Source of the DNA: Gonapodya sp. JEL0774
Lineage: Eukaryota
Reading direction: 5' to 3'
DNA: 20,000 nucleotides
NCBI GenBank assembly: GCA_027604505.1
Contig: JADIIX010000102.1
Span: 59,846-79,845, forward strand
Shown here: positions 1-11,771 of the stretch, in pieces
Layout: every line of letters starts with the position of its first letter
How positions within the stretch are numbered: position 1 is the first letter of the stretch
The notes under the pieces: model-generated
What the model was told of the DNA's origin: nothing
The model's input: the letters and a program-made list of their open reading frames with translations, nothing else
Database searches by the model: none
Made by a program: the position numbers and the translations under genes

Positions 1-547
1 TGCGCCCGTGGCACACCTTTAGCCTGGTTTGGAACAGACATAAAAATGTATCACTCATCGCAATTACCTTTGTATGGAGACGAACATGATAGCCAAGTTC
101 TTTTCTCAGGTTATATTGTGTGTGTTTTGAGAACAAGGTTGCACTGGATCGTTTTCAACTGTGAGATTCGAGACTTGGTGGAAACATTGAACATCCCGGC
201 ACGACTTCATAACTTTCCTACATTTACCCGTGGGGTGGACTTCATCTTTAGTATCTTGGGGTGTTCTTTCTCCGCCCGGATTCACTCGAGCGAATCGGTG
301 TAGTAGATACGAGTTCTAGGAATAACTTCCGATACGCGAAACACTGGGACGACTGACCTTACAGGGAGAGCTTAAGTCTTCGGCTGTCGGGGACTGAGAA
401 ACATTGGAAGACTCAGCTTTCTGGCCTGGTGCTTGGGTCTACCGTCATCAACTCCGCACTCGACTTGTCAACCCTTTGTGAAACCAACCACGATTAGCCC
501 GTAGTGTGACTTCATCAACAAGTCGGGCAGTCATCCTTCGAGAGAGC

Positions 548-3500
548 ATGCCCGCTCCCCCCTCGGGCAAGCGATTAGAAGCACAAGGGGCAGTTCAAGC
601 AGCTCATTCCACGTCATTCAATACACCACCCTCCCCGACCTCCCACGTGCCCCTGACATCCTCTCCTTCACCTTCTCGTCCGACCCGAATTCAAGCCGGG
701 AGTAAAAGAGATTCGGACTCTGCTCAATTGTCCCCACCGCCAATGCAACCCCACAGACATTCCCCGTCAACACCAACACACGGGAACGACAGCAGATTTA
801 AGGGTGGTACTGCTGAAGGTGATGAGGCACGAGGGTCTGTTGCAACAGGAGTGATTCGCCATCCATTGGACTCTACCCCTCCAGTGTTGGGGTGCGAACC
901 TATCTTCTCCCCCCCTGTTTCTCCGAAATCGTCGCCGCTCGCCCCAAAATTATTCCCTTCGAACCCTCCCGCAACTCCGCCGCACAGTCCCGCAGATCTT
1001 CTTGGATCTGCACCTTCTTCGCCTGCTCCACCGTTTTTCTCCCCTGCGCCAACGTACGCGCTCACCACGGGCGTCGTATCCCGCAAAGAGTCTGATAACG
1101 ATCCAGACCGTGACTGGGCCTCCGACGCGGCCACAGAAGCCGATGAGGATGACGTGGACGATCTGTTTGCCATGACTAATGGCCTGAAAGGTGGGAGCAA
1201 AGCTAATAGCAATGGTGTAAGCTACACGGATCGCCGACCGGCACAGCGAACACCCCAACTTCCTTCGTCTGGGGCTACTATGGCTGCGAAAGGGACCGAC
1301 CGCGTGCATGCCGCCGCTGCCGCTACGTGGAGCTCACAACCTGCACCTCCGGGCGGCCCGTGGTTGCAAGACATGCCGCCTTCTTTGACTCCACCAACGC
1401 ATGAAGAAGACTTGACGGGTATGCCGCCGCTTCACAATGACGATGACGCTGGAGTAGGGAATGGACTTGGAGGCTGGGAAGGACCTTCTGGAGCTGTGTG
1501 GGAGGACGGCGATGGGTTCGAAGAGGGGTTAGACCTTGATATGGTCAGGGATCCGACTTGGGGTAGTCAAGAGTCTTGTGTCACGGAAGCGGTGATTGGC
1601 GGGATCGAAATCGTCGCAGCAGACGACGTTGCAGTTATCAAAGACTTTGAGACGCAGAACTATTCAGGCTATTCGGCTGAAAGAGCCGCAGCGGATGACG
1701 ATTTGCCACCGTACGGAGAGGTTGAGGGAACAGGAGGTGGCACTGCGTGGTATCCGAGGAAGGAAGAAGATGTGAGTGGCAAGTTGCCAAGTTGTCCCTC
1801 CACCAAAATTCTTGATGGATCTTTGCACTCAACTGTTTGTTACCGCCAAAACCCTGCGCCTTTTGAATTTGATCCCTACACTCACCGCAGTGGGCTTCCA
1901 AGATCCCATCACCGCCGCCGCCTCCGCGTTCCCTGACACCCCCCATGACAGTGCCGACAATATCTTCAAATCTCCCATCCGCCACCGCACGGCCGACACC
2001 GCGCAATCCCGCCGCCCAGCTCCACATTTACAAGCGCTCCCTGAACCCTCGACGTGTACCCGGTCGCCCCGTCTATCTATTGTCTCATCGGTGGATTTTA
2101 GCATTTGAGTTTTGGGCGCGCTCGAACACGGTGGACGCGATGGACCCACCTGGTGTGGTGGACAACAGTTCATTGCTGAGGAGAGGATATGTGGAGAAAG
2201 TTGGACTTGGAGTGGCAGGCAGGTTGAAAGAGGGGTTGATGCAGGGCGTTGATTTCGAAGTGATTTCGAGTGAAGGGTGGGAGAAGCTTGTGGGATGGTG
2301 GGTATATTTTCTGTTTCAAGTTGGTGGGGCTCTCATCACGTTTTGGTATTATTCTCATCCCATTAAAATAGGCACGGTCTCGCGAGCCCGCGCCATTCTA
2401 TCCCGCGAACCTTCAACCCCAATCCTCCCCATGTCCTCGAACTCTTCCCTGCCCTCTTACCGGTCCTCGTTCTCGTCCCCACAACCGACCCTTTGTCGAT
2501 TGGCGTACCCCGCCTATCCGCTCTCATCACCGCTACCACGACCGTCGCAGGAATTTTACGAGCCTTGGCTAGGCGGTTGAGGCTGGACATTCCGGAGAAA
2601 GGCCGTCGTGCACGCTTATGGAAGATGCGCGGTCCCACACCGCCGGAGACGAGGTGGGTGCCATCCGCATCTGTACCTCCCACTGCGGGTGCGATGACGG
2701 TGCACGAGGTGTTGGGTGTCCCAGCGAGTGGAGGAATGGATGGGGAGGAGGACGGATGGGTTGGTTTGGAGGTGAGTCGGACAGATGGGGGATACGAAGG
2801 TGATGCCGTCGGGATGACACGGGAAGTGGGAGAAGAAGGTAGCGGTCTAGAGTTGGCAGGAGGAGAGGTTGGTGATGTGGACGATAGAGAGGTGGTATGT
2901 GAATGGGATGGAGAGGGGGTAGGGAGTGGGAGGTGAGTTTGTGTTCTGCAATATAGGGGTTGGATATTGTTTACTCACAACCAGCAACTGTCGGCTATCC
3001 GCGCAGCTCCTCTCCAAACACTACCTCTGGGTCACTTCCCGCTTCTTCACTCCCTGGCCCTGCACGCTCGTCTACTGGCGCAATTCTTCTGGGACCGCCC
3101 CCTGTGGCTTCTACTACCTCCATCACTGCTGACGAAGACATAGCCTCGACGGCTGGGAGCTGGTGGAAGACTGTAGAGGACGAAGAGGCGCGCAAAGTCT
3201 CCTCAGCTGGGTATGGACGAAAGACGGGGGTGAGCTGGGCTGAGAGGGAGTGGGAGAGAGAACGAGAGGACAGCAACCTGCCGAGGGGAGCATTGGGGCT
3301 GGTGAATCTTGGGAATACGGTAGGTCTATGTTTTTGCGGTAGTACGACGGGGCAAACATTTACGAAACTGCACTCCCAACGCCCCTGCTCCACGCTCCAC
3401 GATCGCCCGCGCTTCTTGTGTGTAGTGCTTCATGAATTCTTCACTCCAGTGCATGTCTAACACGTGGCCTCTCACTGCCTACTTTCTTGGACCTCGCTGG

Positions 3501-6500
3501 CGTGATGACTTGAACCGAGACAACCCCCTTGGTATGAAAGGGGAGATTGCCGAATCCTATGCTCGACTCGTGAGAGAGCTTTGGGCGGAACATGGTAAGC
3601 TGAGTTCTTCACAACGTGCCTCAGTGACTGCCACGACCTCGTCTTACTTTGGTGGCGGGGGGTCGTCGTACTGGTCGAGCTATACAAGAGCTGTGCGGCC
3701 TTCAGATTTCAAATCCGTGATGAGCAAGTTCAACTCGACATTCCAAGGATATCACCAACATGACTCGCAGGAGCTCTTAGCGTCGCTTTTAGACGGCCTG
3801 CATGAGGACTTGAATCGAGTGCGACAAAAGCCGTATGTGACTTTACCTGACGATATCTCAGAGAAGACCGATGAGGAGGCGGCAAGGATTAGCTGGGATG
3901 TATATAAAGCCAGGAATGATTCGGTTGTGGTGGATATGTTCCAAGGCCAGTTTAAAAGCAAGGTGACTTGCACTGTCTGTGAGGGTGTCAGCGTGACTTT
4001 CGACCCGTTTATGTACGTGGCAGTACCCGTTGTGGAAACGAAGGAAGAGACAAAGCGGATCATTGTCGTCGGTAAAGTGGGGAGAGGGAAGGATGCCTCA
4101 AGAGCCACGGAGGTCTCTATCACTGTGCCCAAGGACACGAGAATAAAGGTTCTGGCGGACAAACTGAGCCAAATGCTGGGTTGGAAAGATGATGAATCGA
4201 CCTCGTCTCACCCAGAAGTCATGGTATGGGAGGAATACCAACACAAGATCTATAAAGTCTTTGACGACTTCGAAGGGGTCACCGAAATCAGGGACAGCGA
4301 CCGCATATGGATGCTTGAATGCGAATCCAAAGAGGATGTACTGAAGAGGTTGGGGGGCGTCGCTGCTCCGAAGGTGGAGGAAAAGGCATTCCTTGAGGGG
4401 TTCGAAGCAGATATTTTGGAAACGCGGAAGACGGAGACCGCAGACGAAGGGGAGAGCGCTCCCAGCAATTCAGACTTTGGAGTGCCGGGCGCATTGTACG
4501 ATTCCAAAAAGACACCATACGCGGGCTCAATGACAGGGGTCTCCCAGAGTGTACCGCTGTTCAAGACACTCACTTCGCTACGTGAGATATCGCAGATGCT
4601 GAAGCTGGATATCTTGCGGTCGCCAGTCAAAAGGCCAACCGTCAATATCCCGGGTGTTTGCATTGTGGACCAGGGTTCAGGTGAAGTGAAGCCGAACTAT
4701 GGGAGGAACCAACCGGAACTCTTTGGGTCTCCAATGGTTATGTCCTTACCTGCCCACATGTGGGTCAAAGTGCCACGGTTCAAGAACTCCACATCCAGCG
4801 ATGTTAGTGAACTGGGACAGAAAATCGCCGGATGGAAAATATATCGCGAATTCGTTCGACAGTTACAACGTTTCACTGAGAAGCAAATTGCAGCAGCTAC
4901 TAGTGAAGAATGGGAGGGGGAAGGCATCCAAGTGCCGTTGGACGCACCAGAAACTGGAGATCCTGTCGCAAGCGCAACAGATCCGATGGACGTTGATGGC
5001 CAACGACTCTCTTCTGATTATATCCCTCAAGTTCGTCTGGAAGATCAATATGGTACTCTTCAGGATCCCCCGGAAGTGCCCTACTTGGCTGCGGCAAGCG
5101 CTCACAACGGGAGGAGCTCGTCATATTCTGAGTTTAACGCATACGGTTACAGTGGAGGTTTTGCGGATCCACTGGCACACACAAAAAAATTTGATGACTC
5201 CAAAGATTCCGAAGAGGTTTGTTGACTTGTTTCGCCTTCTCTCCATTTGGAGACCCACAATAAAATTCCATCTTACAGGGTTTCGTCATCAAACCGCCAT
5301 TCCTTGAAGACCCATTCATCTCCAGTGATGACATTGTTGTTCGTCCAGGGCTGTTTTCCCTTCGACTCGTCCGAGAGACCTCGGAGAAAGACCCTTCACC
5401 TATGTTTAATGGAATTATGGCGGACTCCCAGTCTAAGAAATCTTACGGATCTTACGGATACTATGGACAGAAATGGAATGAATTCAGGTTATGGAAGGAA
5501 TCGATGGACTGGTTCGACAACGGTAAGATGTATAGTCCGGTCCAAAACTGGGAGTTATATCAGGAAGGCAATGAGCAGGAAGTGGCACAAATTGAGGCTC
5601 TGCTATCAGGATCTGTGGTTTCTGACGAGGCGCCTGAGTGGATAGACTATTGCATTGAGTTCCGGAAACACGACTTGCTCGTCAGTTCTTGGAAGCCTCG
5701 AGTAGCAAGGGAACTGTTTGGGGACCGAGCCACTTTCAAGCAGTCGGCTATGACAGGCCGATGGACCAAGTCCAATTTTTCGGAGTCTTTCCCAGTGAGT
5801 GGCTCCACAAGTTAACTCGGTGTGTATGGCCGTATAAGTCACCATTATACCACCAGTATCGACCGCTGCCTCAAGATCCTAAAATTGACTACTCGGCAAA
5901 GCGCGAAAAATCCCTGACTCTTCATGAATGCCTCCGGGAATTTACCAAGGAAGAGACTCTCGGGGACGAAGACACTTGGTATTGTCCAAAGTGTAAGAAC
6001 CATCAGAAAGTTCGCAAGAAGATGGACATTTGGCGCGTGCCAGATCAGGTAGTTATTCACCTCAAGCGATTTTCCAATTCCGGCTTGCGGACGTATTCTT
6101 GGTCAAGAGGGGGAGACAAGATTGATACCTTAGTGGAATTTCCCGTTCGGTGCGGACCTGTCATTTTGTGCGTTGCAGGCTCTGTGTACTCATGTTTGGT
6201 CGCCATTCAGGGGACTTGATTTGAGCCAATATGTCCTCAGTGCTAAGAGTTCTGGCAGTCCAGAAAACTCTCCCGATAGCGAGTTTGGCGCAACTCAACT
6301 TCTCGAGTCCAGTGAGCTCATTTATGACCTGTACGCTGTGTCTAACCACTTCGGTAGTATGGGCGGCGGGCATTACACTGCTTACGCGCAGAGTGCCGTG
6401 GATGGCCACTGGTATAAGTTCGATGACTCATCAGTGTCTCTTACAAATGAGGCAAACGTCATGGTATGTTTTCCGGTTGTCGCTCAATTTGTTAATTTTC

Positions 6501-7060
6501 TTGCTGAGGCGTTGTCCCAATCATATATCCACCTACTTCAGACGAACAGCGCATACTGTCTGTTCTATCGCCGCCGTGGTGCGCAAACACATCCTGCTCC
6601 TGGTCGCTTCTCCGATATACCCGAGGAAATACCGTATTCCCTCACACAAACACAAACCGCCGAAACACATGTGGATGACAAAATGACTGGAATGGAGGAA
6701 GAGGTACCCCCACCATACACATCTTTCATCGGTGGTCACAATGGAATTTCCGGGTCGTGGTCAATAGATTCTGGCGTCAGATCAGGAGCTTCAGGCACCA
6801 CGCCTGCAGTCACACCGTCCGCATCTATGGACGGCACTCTCGCCATGTCAGCCGATGACGACTTGAACTTGGGCGCATCTGCAGACTATGAGAACGAGCG
6901 AGAGATTTACGCCCGAGCTGCCCTAAGTCCCTCCAAAGGTAAATCTGTCATCAGTTCCTCGATTGCACCCGAAGATGATTCGGTGTGGGACGAGGGCGCG
7001 AAAGGCGATATGATGGAGAGAGACCCTCGTGCAGAGGTTGGAGGGTCGTTAAACATGTGA
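548..7060 (+). CDS. UBP12: Ubiquitin-specific protease (peptidase C19) of the DUSP-containing USP4/11/15 / yeast Ubp12 type, about 1958 aa, 9 exons
   Basis: Predicted exons: 548-1771, 1891-2297, 2372-2932, 3007-3319, 3426-5216, 5279-5794, 5857-6149, 6211-6463, 6542-7060. All introns are GT..AG and keep the frame; the intron-3 boundaries are the least certain. Motifs: DUSP (VYLLSHRW...[11 protein letters not shown]...[23 protein letters not shown]), Cys box [53 protein letters not shown], Zn pairs CTVC and CPKC, HLKRF, His box [36 protein letters not shown]. The symbol denotes family-level orthology only. Confidence 0.93.
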
Positions 7061-7470
7061 CTCGTGGACGCCACTCTCGTTGTGATGCTGATTGGTTCGG
7101 CCTGGTTGTAGCTGCAAGCACCAGCATAAGGTGGAAGGGTTGGGGACTGCGTGTTCGTTGGTGGATGGCTTTGTACTGTCAGTGACATGATTGGTAGCAA
7201 TGTTCGGTGGAATGTATTCGGACAGGTATTGATGCATTAGACAAACTTTGAAAAATATAATTGGGAGGTCGTGGCACGTGTGCGTGAAGTGTGTTGTGAG
7301 TTGTGACTCGATACAAAGGAGCATCTTCCGACCTGGGGCAGCTACCATTCTCACGATGGTTGAAGACGTGATAGATATGCATGACACCAGCGATCGGGAG
7401 CGCTCCATGATTGTGGTTCTCTTGGGTCATGCATGCCTCGCGCTTCATAGAAAGGGGCGTTCGTGTGGCA

Positions 7471-8454
7471 TCATCCTCCACCTGCTTTCTCCGCTGCTCT
7501 CCCCCTTTCCATTGCACGCCATCTGTCACGAGAGTACTCTAGCAATGCGGCAACGTCAGGGTTGCGTGCTGAGAGGAAGAGGTCTCGCTGAGGGTGATAA
7601 GCGAAGGGTGGGGGCGGCGCCAAGCTCGGCACTGTAGAAGACGAAGATGACGCAGATGGGGAGGAAGGCCGATATGTGGTTGAGGCTCCCGGAGCGCCTG
7701 ATTGTGGGGATTCGGAGAGCACGCTCTCCACAACAGAGGGTTCTGAAAGTCCAAAACAACCCCGTACAACGCATTTTGCGATTTCGACTTTCTCTGCCAG
7801 TCTACAAGCTTCTTCGCCCGCAATGTGGGCTGTCCATTGGAGGGCCTCAAGCGGGTCGATGTGAGTTGGGCTTCTGAAGGGCTGGGAAGGAGGAGAATCC
7901 CCATCAGAGAGCGTAGATATGCGGCGAAGCAGGGCGAGGGAGCGGCGGCGCAGATTCAGGAGATGCGAATGCAAGTTTGCGAGGGATGGGAGGTCGGAGG
8001 CTGTGGAATGTGTTGAGGAATCGGACATGCGGGTGTCTGGTTCATGCGTGAGATCTGAGTTCAGTCCGGGATGATCGATACCCCCTTCGAGACCTGCATC
8101 TCTTGTCAGCAAGGTCCACGCAGTTTTCTCTTGGGCCAGTCTGACTTTTCCGGCTAATCGATGCAGCAAGTCTGGGTGCAACACGAGAACCGCATCGAAT
8201 GCCGCATCCGTCATCTCAGCAGCAACGCCATCGCCTCTACCATCACGTAAAAAACGAGCCCGCACATCGACCCTCTTTGCGACGACGTACTGCAGGGCAT
8301 CGTTGGTGACATCGAGCTGTTCCTTCAAGTTGAACAGGGCATCCATGCGATTCAATGCGCGCTGGAGCGACGCATCACACAAAGGCACAGTTCGAACGAG
8401 AAGAGTGGCGAGCAATGCGTGTGCTGCGTCGGTTATTTGGACCTCTGATTGCAT
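7471..8454 (-). CDS. Hypothetical protein (about 327 aa), predicted helical with Ser/Pro-rich linkers; no recognised domain
   Basis: Uninterrupted ORF 7471-8466; first ATG at 8454. Amphipathic helical segments (e.g. LHSHLLNLRRRSLALLRRI) alternate with low-complexity linkers. The start is uncertain: a CTCACAG branch/acceptor-like motif lies just upstream, so an upstream exon is possible. Confidence 0.65.
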   Translation of the reverse strand: MQSEVQITDAAHALLATLLVRTVPLCDASLQRALNRMDALFNLKEQLDVTNDALQYVVAKRVDVRARFLRDGRGDGVAAEMTDAAFDAVLVLHPDLLHRLAGKVRLAQEKTAWTLLTRDAGLEGGIDHPGLNSDLTHEPDTRMSDSSTHSTASDLPSLANLHSHLLNLRRRSLALLRRISTLSDGDSPPSQPFRSPTHIDPLEALQWTAHIAGEEACRLAEKVEIAKCVVRGCFGLSEPSVVESVLSESPQSGAPGASTTYRPSSPSASSSSSTVPSLAPPPPFAYHPQRDLFLSARNPDVAALLEYSRDRWRAMERGRAAEKAGGG

Positions 8455-8574
8455 TACTGTGAGCAATAGACATGGTGAACCATAATTAATATGTATGCCC
8501 TACATTCATTTGTTCCGAACCTTTTTTCGAAAACCGTACCCAAAGACCGTTTAAAGTCGACTACTCTCCTCATC
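8455..8574. promoter_or_regulatory. Candidate compact bidirectional promoter between divergent genes
   Basis: Only about 120 bp, AT-rich (cataattaatatgtatg; ttttttcgaaaa), separates the ATG at 8454 (-) from the ATG at 8575 (+). Confidence 0.4.
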
Positions 8575-9718
8575 ATGACGTCTCCAATGTCGCGTACTTT
8601 TGTTCTCGTTCATGGTGTACGTGGAAGACCTTGAATGACTTCACGGTGAACCGTGGTTGCGATCCTGACTTGGACCGATTACGAATCTTCGCTCCCACGT
8701 ATCAAGGCCTGGCACGGTGCATGGTGCTGGTCTCGGCTTGTACCTTTCCTCTCCCGGTATGGCCGTGTTATAACACCGGACATGCCTGGTGCAGGAGCGT
8801 CAACGATAGACCCTTCCACTGTCACCCTGTCGGATCAAGTCCACGTTTTATTGGATATTATCGATGCCCTCCCGGACTCCGAAAGAATCGTGCTGGCCGC
8901 GCATTCGGCCGGTGGTGCTCGTGAGGATCAACCCGACCTACTTGAACGGACGTTCTCGGAGAATGTGAATATGCTCATCACTGTCTTCTCTCCCTGTTCC
9001 AAATTTTAGCTATCACGGCCGCCGCGCACCAGCGACCCACTCGCATTGAACGGCTCGTTTACATCACCTCGTTTGCACTCGAGTCGGGTCAGTCCTTGAC
9101 AAAGGCGAGTGCAAAAGACAAGGAGAGCGTACTGAACAAAGAGATGGTGATGAGCAAAGATCGAAAGACAATAAAACTGAGAGATGTTGAGGTACGCAGT
9201 GGTTTTGTGTGGGAGCTTACTTATGGGGTGGGTAACGATAACTTCATCAGACTGCCATTCCAGTCCTCTACAATGACCTTGAAGACCGTGATGCGCGATA
9301 TTGTTTCTGGCGTCTCACACCTCAACCCTCCGCTGTTTTCCGAGAGCCCGTTGTAACCTCTGCTGACACGTGGGGACAGATTCCTAAAACTTTCGTAGTC
9401 TGCACGTTGGATCGCGCCATAGGCCCAATTGCACAACGTGAAATGTCACGGAGAGTATGTGGATGCAAACCCATGACCTACTCCCAAGCAATGAGTACTA
9501 TGGATGGACACTTGGGGAATGTGGAGTTAGAACTCAAGACAGGTCATAGTCCAATGGTGTGTTTGCTTAGAACTTGGTTGCTGCAACCCTGTGTGGCTTA
9601 TTCTAAACATAAACTCCGCTTGCACCTTGGTTCTTTGCATCAGGTTAACCGCCCCGCAGAGCTTGCTCGACTGATGGTAGTGGGCCTCGAAGGAGGGCGC
9701 TTGTTGGCAATGCTGTAA
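8575..9718 (+). CDS. Alpha/beta-hydrolase, Abhydrolase_6 / SABP2-methylesterase-like esterase, about 272 aa, 5 exons
   Basis: Exons 8575-8616, 8707-8920, 9010-9191, 9251-9556, 9644-9718. The spliced product has TFVLVHG|AWHGAWCW, PDMPGAG, nucleophile elbow AHSAGG, RIERLVYITSF, acid residue in IPKTFVVCTLDRAI, and catalytic His in TGHSPM|VNRPAELA. Confidence 0.9.
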
Positions 9719-10457
9719 CAAGATTGACAGAACAATGCCGGTTTATGTCCCTGTGTATACTTTTATTAATCATGTGGTGAGGTCACAATTATGACATCTT
9801 ACCGGCAGAGGTCTTGTCATCACAGATTGACCTGGTTCAACGTCTCCAAAACGTCAGAAGTGTGTTTCTGATGTGTGTACGGTTCCGAGTAGATAAGGCA
9901 GAGGGAAAGAGTGTAGTGGTCTTTGCCCTTGGACTTGGATATTAAAAATATCTTTTTGACATAGCCCAACGGGGAGCTCATGGAGTTTAAATCCGCTTTC
10001 GTCCATGGCGATCTAAGAGTACCCATGGGTAGACGTCTCATCATCTGTTCCTGAAAAGCTTCGATTTCGTTCCCTCTCCCAGATGACTGCAACACATAGA
10101 GAGTGTGTTCCTGGTGATGTCATTTCTCCACAGAACGTTGCTGATAATACTCTGCTGAGTTATCTCAATCCCAAAGGCGTCAGAAACCAATGGAGCTGCA
10201 TAGAATTGTCGGCGTGAGGGATCAGCGATCATCCACCGGCAAATCTGAACAAGCGTGTCTTGATCGGATCCAAAGCCTTGGATCCCCTTGCCGTGCCACA
10301 CTTGGGTTCCTCACCTGCTCCGCACGGGCAGTCTCAACCAACTTACTGATACTGACGAAGAAAATACCGCAGCTATTTTGAGGCTGAAGACTTCGTCACT
10401 CCATCGAGTTGGAGCTCCGTCCCGATCACTTCACAATTCGATCACCACCCTCCTGCA

Positions 10458-11152
10458 ATGAATGCCACCGGTTCCACTCCTGTTACCCCTTTCACCCCCA
10501 GCGAAGCACACATGCAGCTCGCTATAGATATAGGGAAAAAGAACCCCCGATTTCCTTTTGGATCCGTTATCGTTGATGTGAGAACTGGGGAAGTCGTGGG
10601 GACGGGATTGAACCAGAATTCCCGCGACCCTACTAATCACGGAGAGGTCAATGCCATTCGCAATCTCATTGCATCGACCCTTGCTGCCAACGACGCATTA
10701 CCGGACTTCGACAATCTCGCCATATATACAACCGCGGAACCGTGCATTATGTGCTGCGGAAGTATCATGCGGTGTGGTAAGTTGGCTTTACCTTTTAGTT
10801 CGTCAAAGGAACGTGGCTGAAACTTGATTCCCACGCTCAATTAACTACGCTCAAGGTTTCCGTTCAGTTGTTTATGGCGCTTCTATTCCATTTCTCCGCT
10901 CCCGAGGGTATATGCAGACTTTGATTCCATGTTCGGAAGTTGTGGCCCGTTCGGAGGGGTTCAAATGTGGGGTGTGCACCCTAGAGGATGGAATCATCAA
11001 GGTGCGTCGCGTTGGCACTGACCGGTATTGTGGTTGGTGACTTCTTGTCGCGATGAATAACGGAATTCTCTTGTTGTGCTCTGCTTTGTCAGTTTATGGA
11101 GAAAGAATGCGAGGCAATATTCCCAGAGAACGTTGGAACTTACCGAGGATAA
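10458..11152 (+). CDS. Zn-dependent cytidine-deaminase-superfamily nucleoside/nucleobase deaminase (GuaD/TadA-like fold), paralog 1, about 174 aa
   Basis: Exons 10458-10776, 10856-11001, 11093-11152. Motifs HMQLAI, PFGSVIVD, GLN, DPTNHGE (HxE), IYTTAEPCIMC (PCxxC), GFRSVVYG, and C-terminal ECEAIF. Confidence 0.92.
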
Positions 11153-11267
11153 TGTAAACCAGTACTCCAGAAGAACAAGATCTCCTGAAGTGAGAGATTC
11201 GTGTTACAAATACATTTTATTGACTAGCTAATACAGATTCCCCCCCTCTCTCTTTTCTCCTACTCCG

Positions 11268-11355
11268 CTCCACGTCCTCGTCGCAGTGTGGCAGCGGACG
11301 AGACTCTGCATGTACGCACGCACCTCACTCCACGTCCTCGTCGCAGCACGGCAGC
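11268..11355. repeat. Direct repeat: 19-bp exact CTCCACGTCCTCGTCGCAG x2 at 60-bp period
   Basis: Copies at 11268-11286 and 11328-11346, each followed by 3 variable nt and then GGCAGC. Confidence 0.85.
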
Positions 11356-11771
11356 TCACGTGAACTTCGCAGTCTGTGGGCCTCTGTCGTTCCCGCCCGC
11401 CTGTCCCTTGATCGGCGATGTACTTTGTTTGATTGCTTTCTTTGTTGTTTTATTTGGGTTGCTCGGGGATTTCACGCAAATCATACATAGTTAACGGGGT
11501 TTGTTTAGATTTCTACATTGGCCTTGTAGCTTGCATAGTATAAAATGGTGTGGAGACCTCGCCCTCTTCAGCGACACCATTGTCGGTCGATCGTACATAG
11601 ATGCGGGGACAGTGAGGAGCCACCAGGCAGCTCCTCGCACAATCGCTTCCCCCCATCAAATTGTTCAGCACAAGCCCCAGTCTCCAGCCCGATCAGGTTT
11701 TTTTCGCCACCGAGCATATCTACGGACAAAGAAAGAGAGGATCGTCACAGAGCCAAATCGTCAGACCCCAA

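Noticed and set aside
46..303. 85-aa ORF upstream of the USP gene
   Set aside because: No motif and non-coding-like composition; probably intergenic or promoter sequence.
506..7060. Treating the + ORFs (476, 211, 147, 166, 597, 137, 176, 295 aa) as separate genes
   Set aside because: Canonical introns join them in frame into one USP; the Cys box is split by intron 3320-3425.
10266..10285. Hairpin GGATCCAA-agcc-TTGGATCC
   Set aside because: An 8-bp stem is expected by chance in 20 kb, and there is no supporting context.
9820..10301. Two minus-strand ORFs (91 and 86 aa) as a gene or transposon remnant
   Set aside because: Non-ATG starts, no recognisable motifs and no convincing splice model; a BLASTX search would be needed.
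11268..11346. CRISPR-like repeat-spacer-repeat
   Set aside because: Only two 19-bp copies, eukaryotic context and no cas genes.
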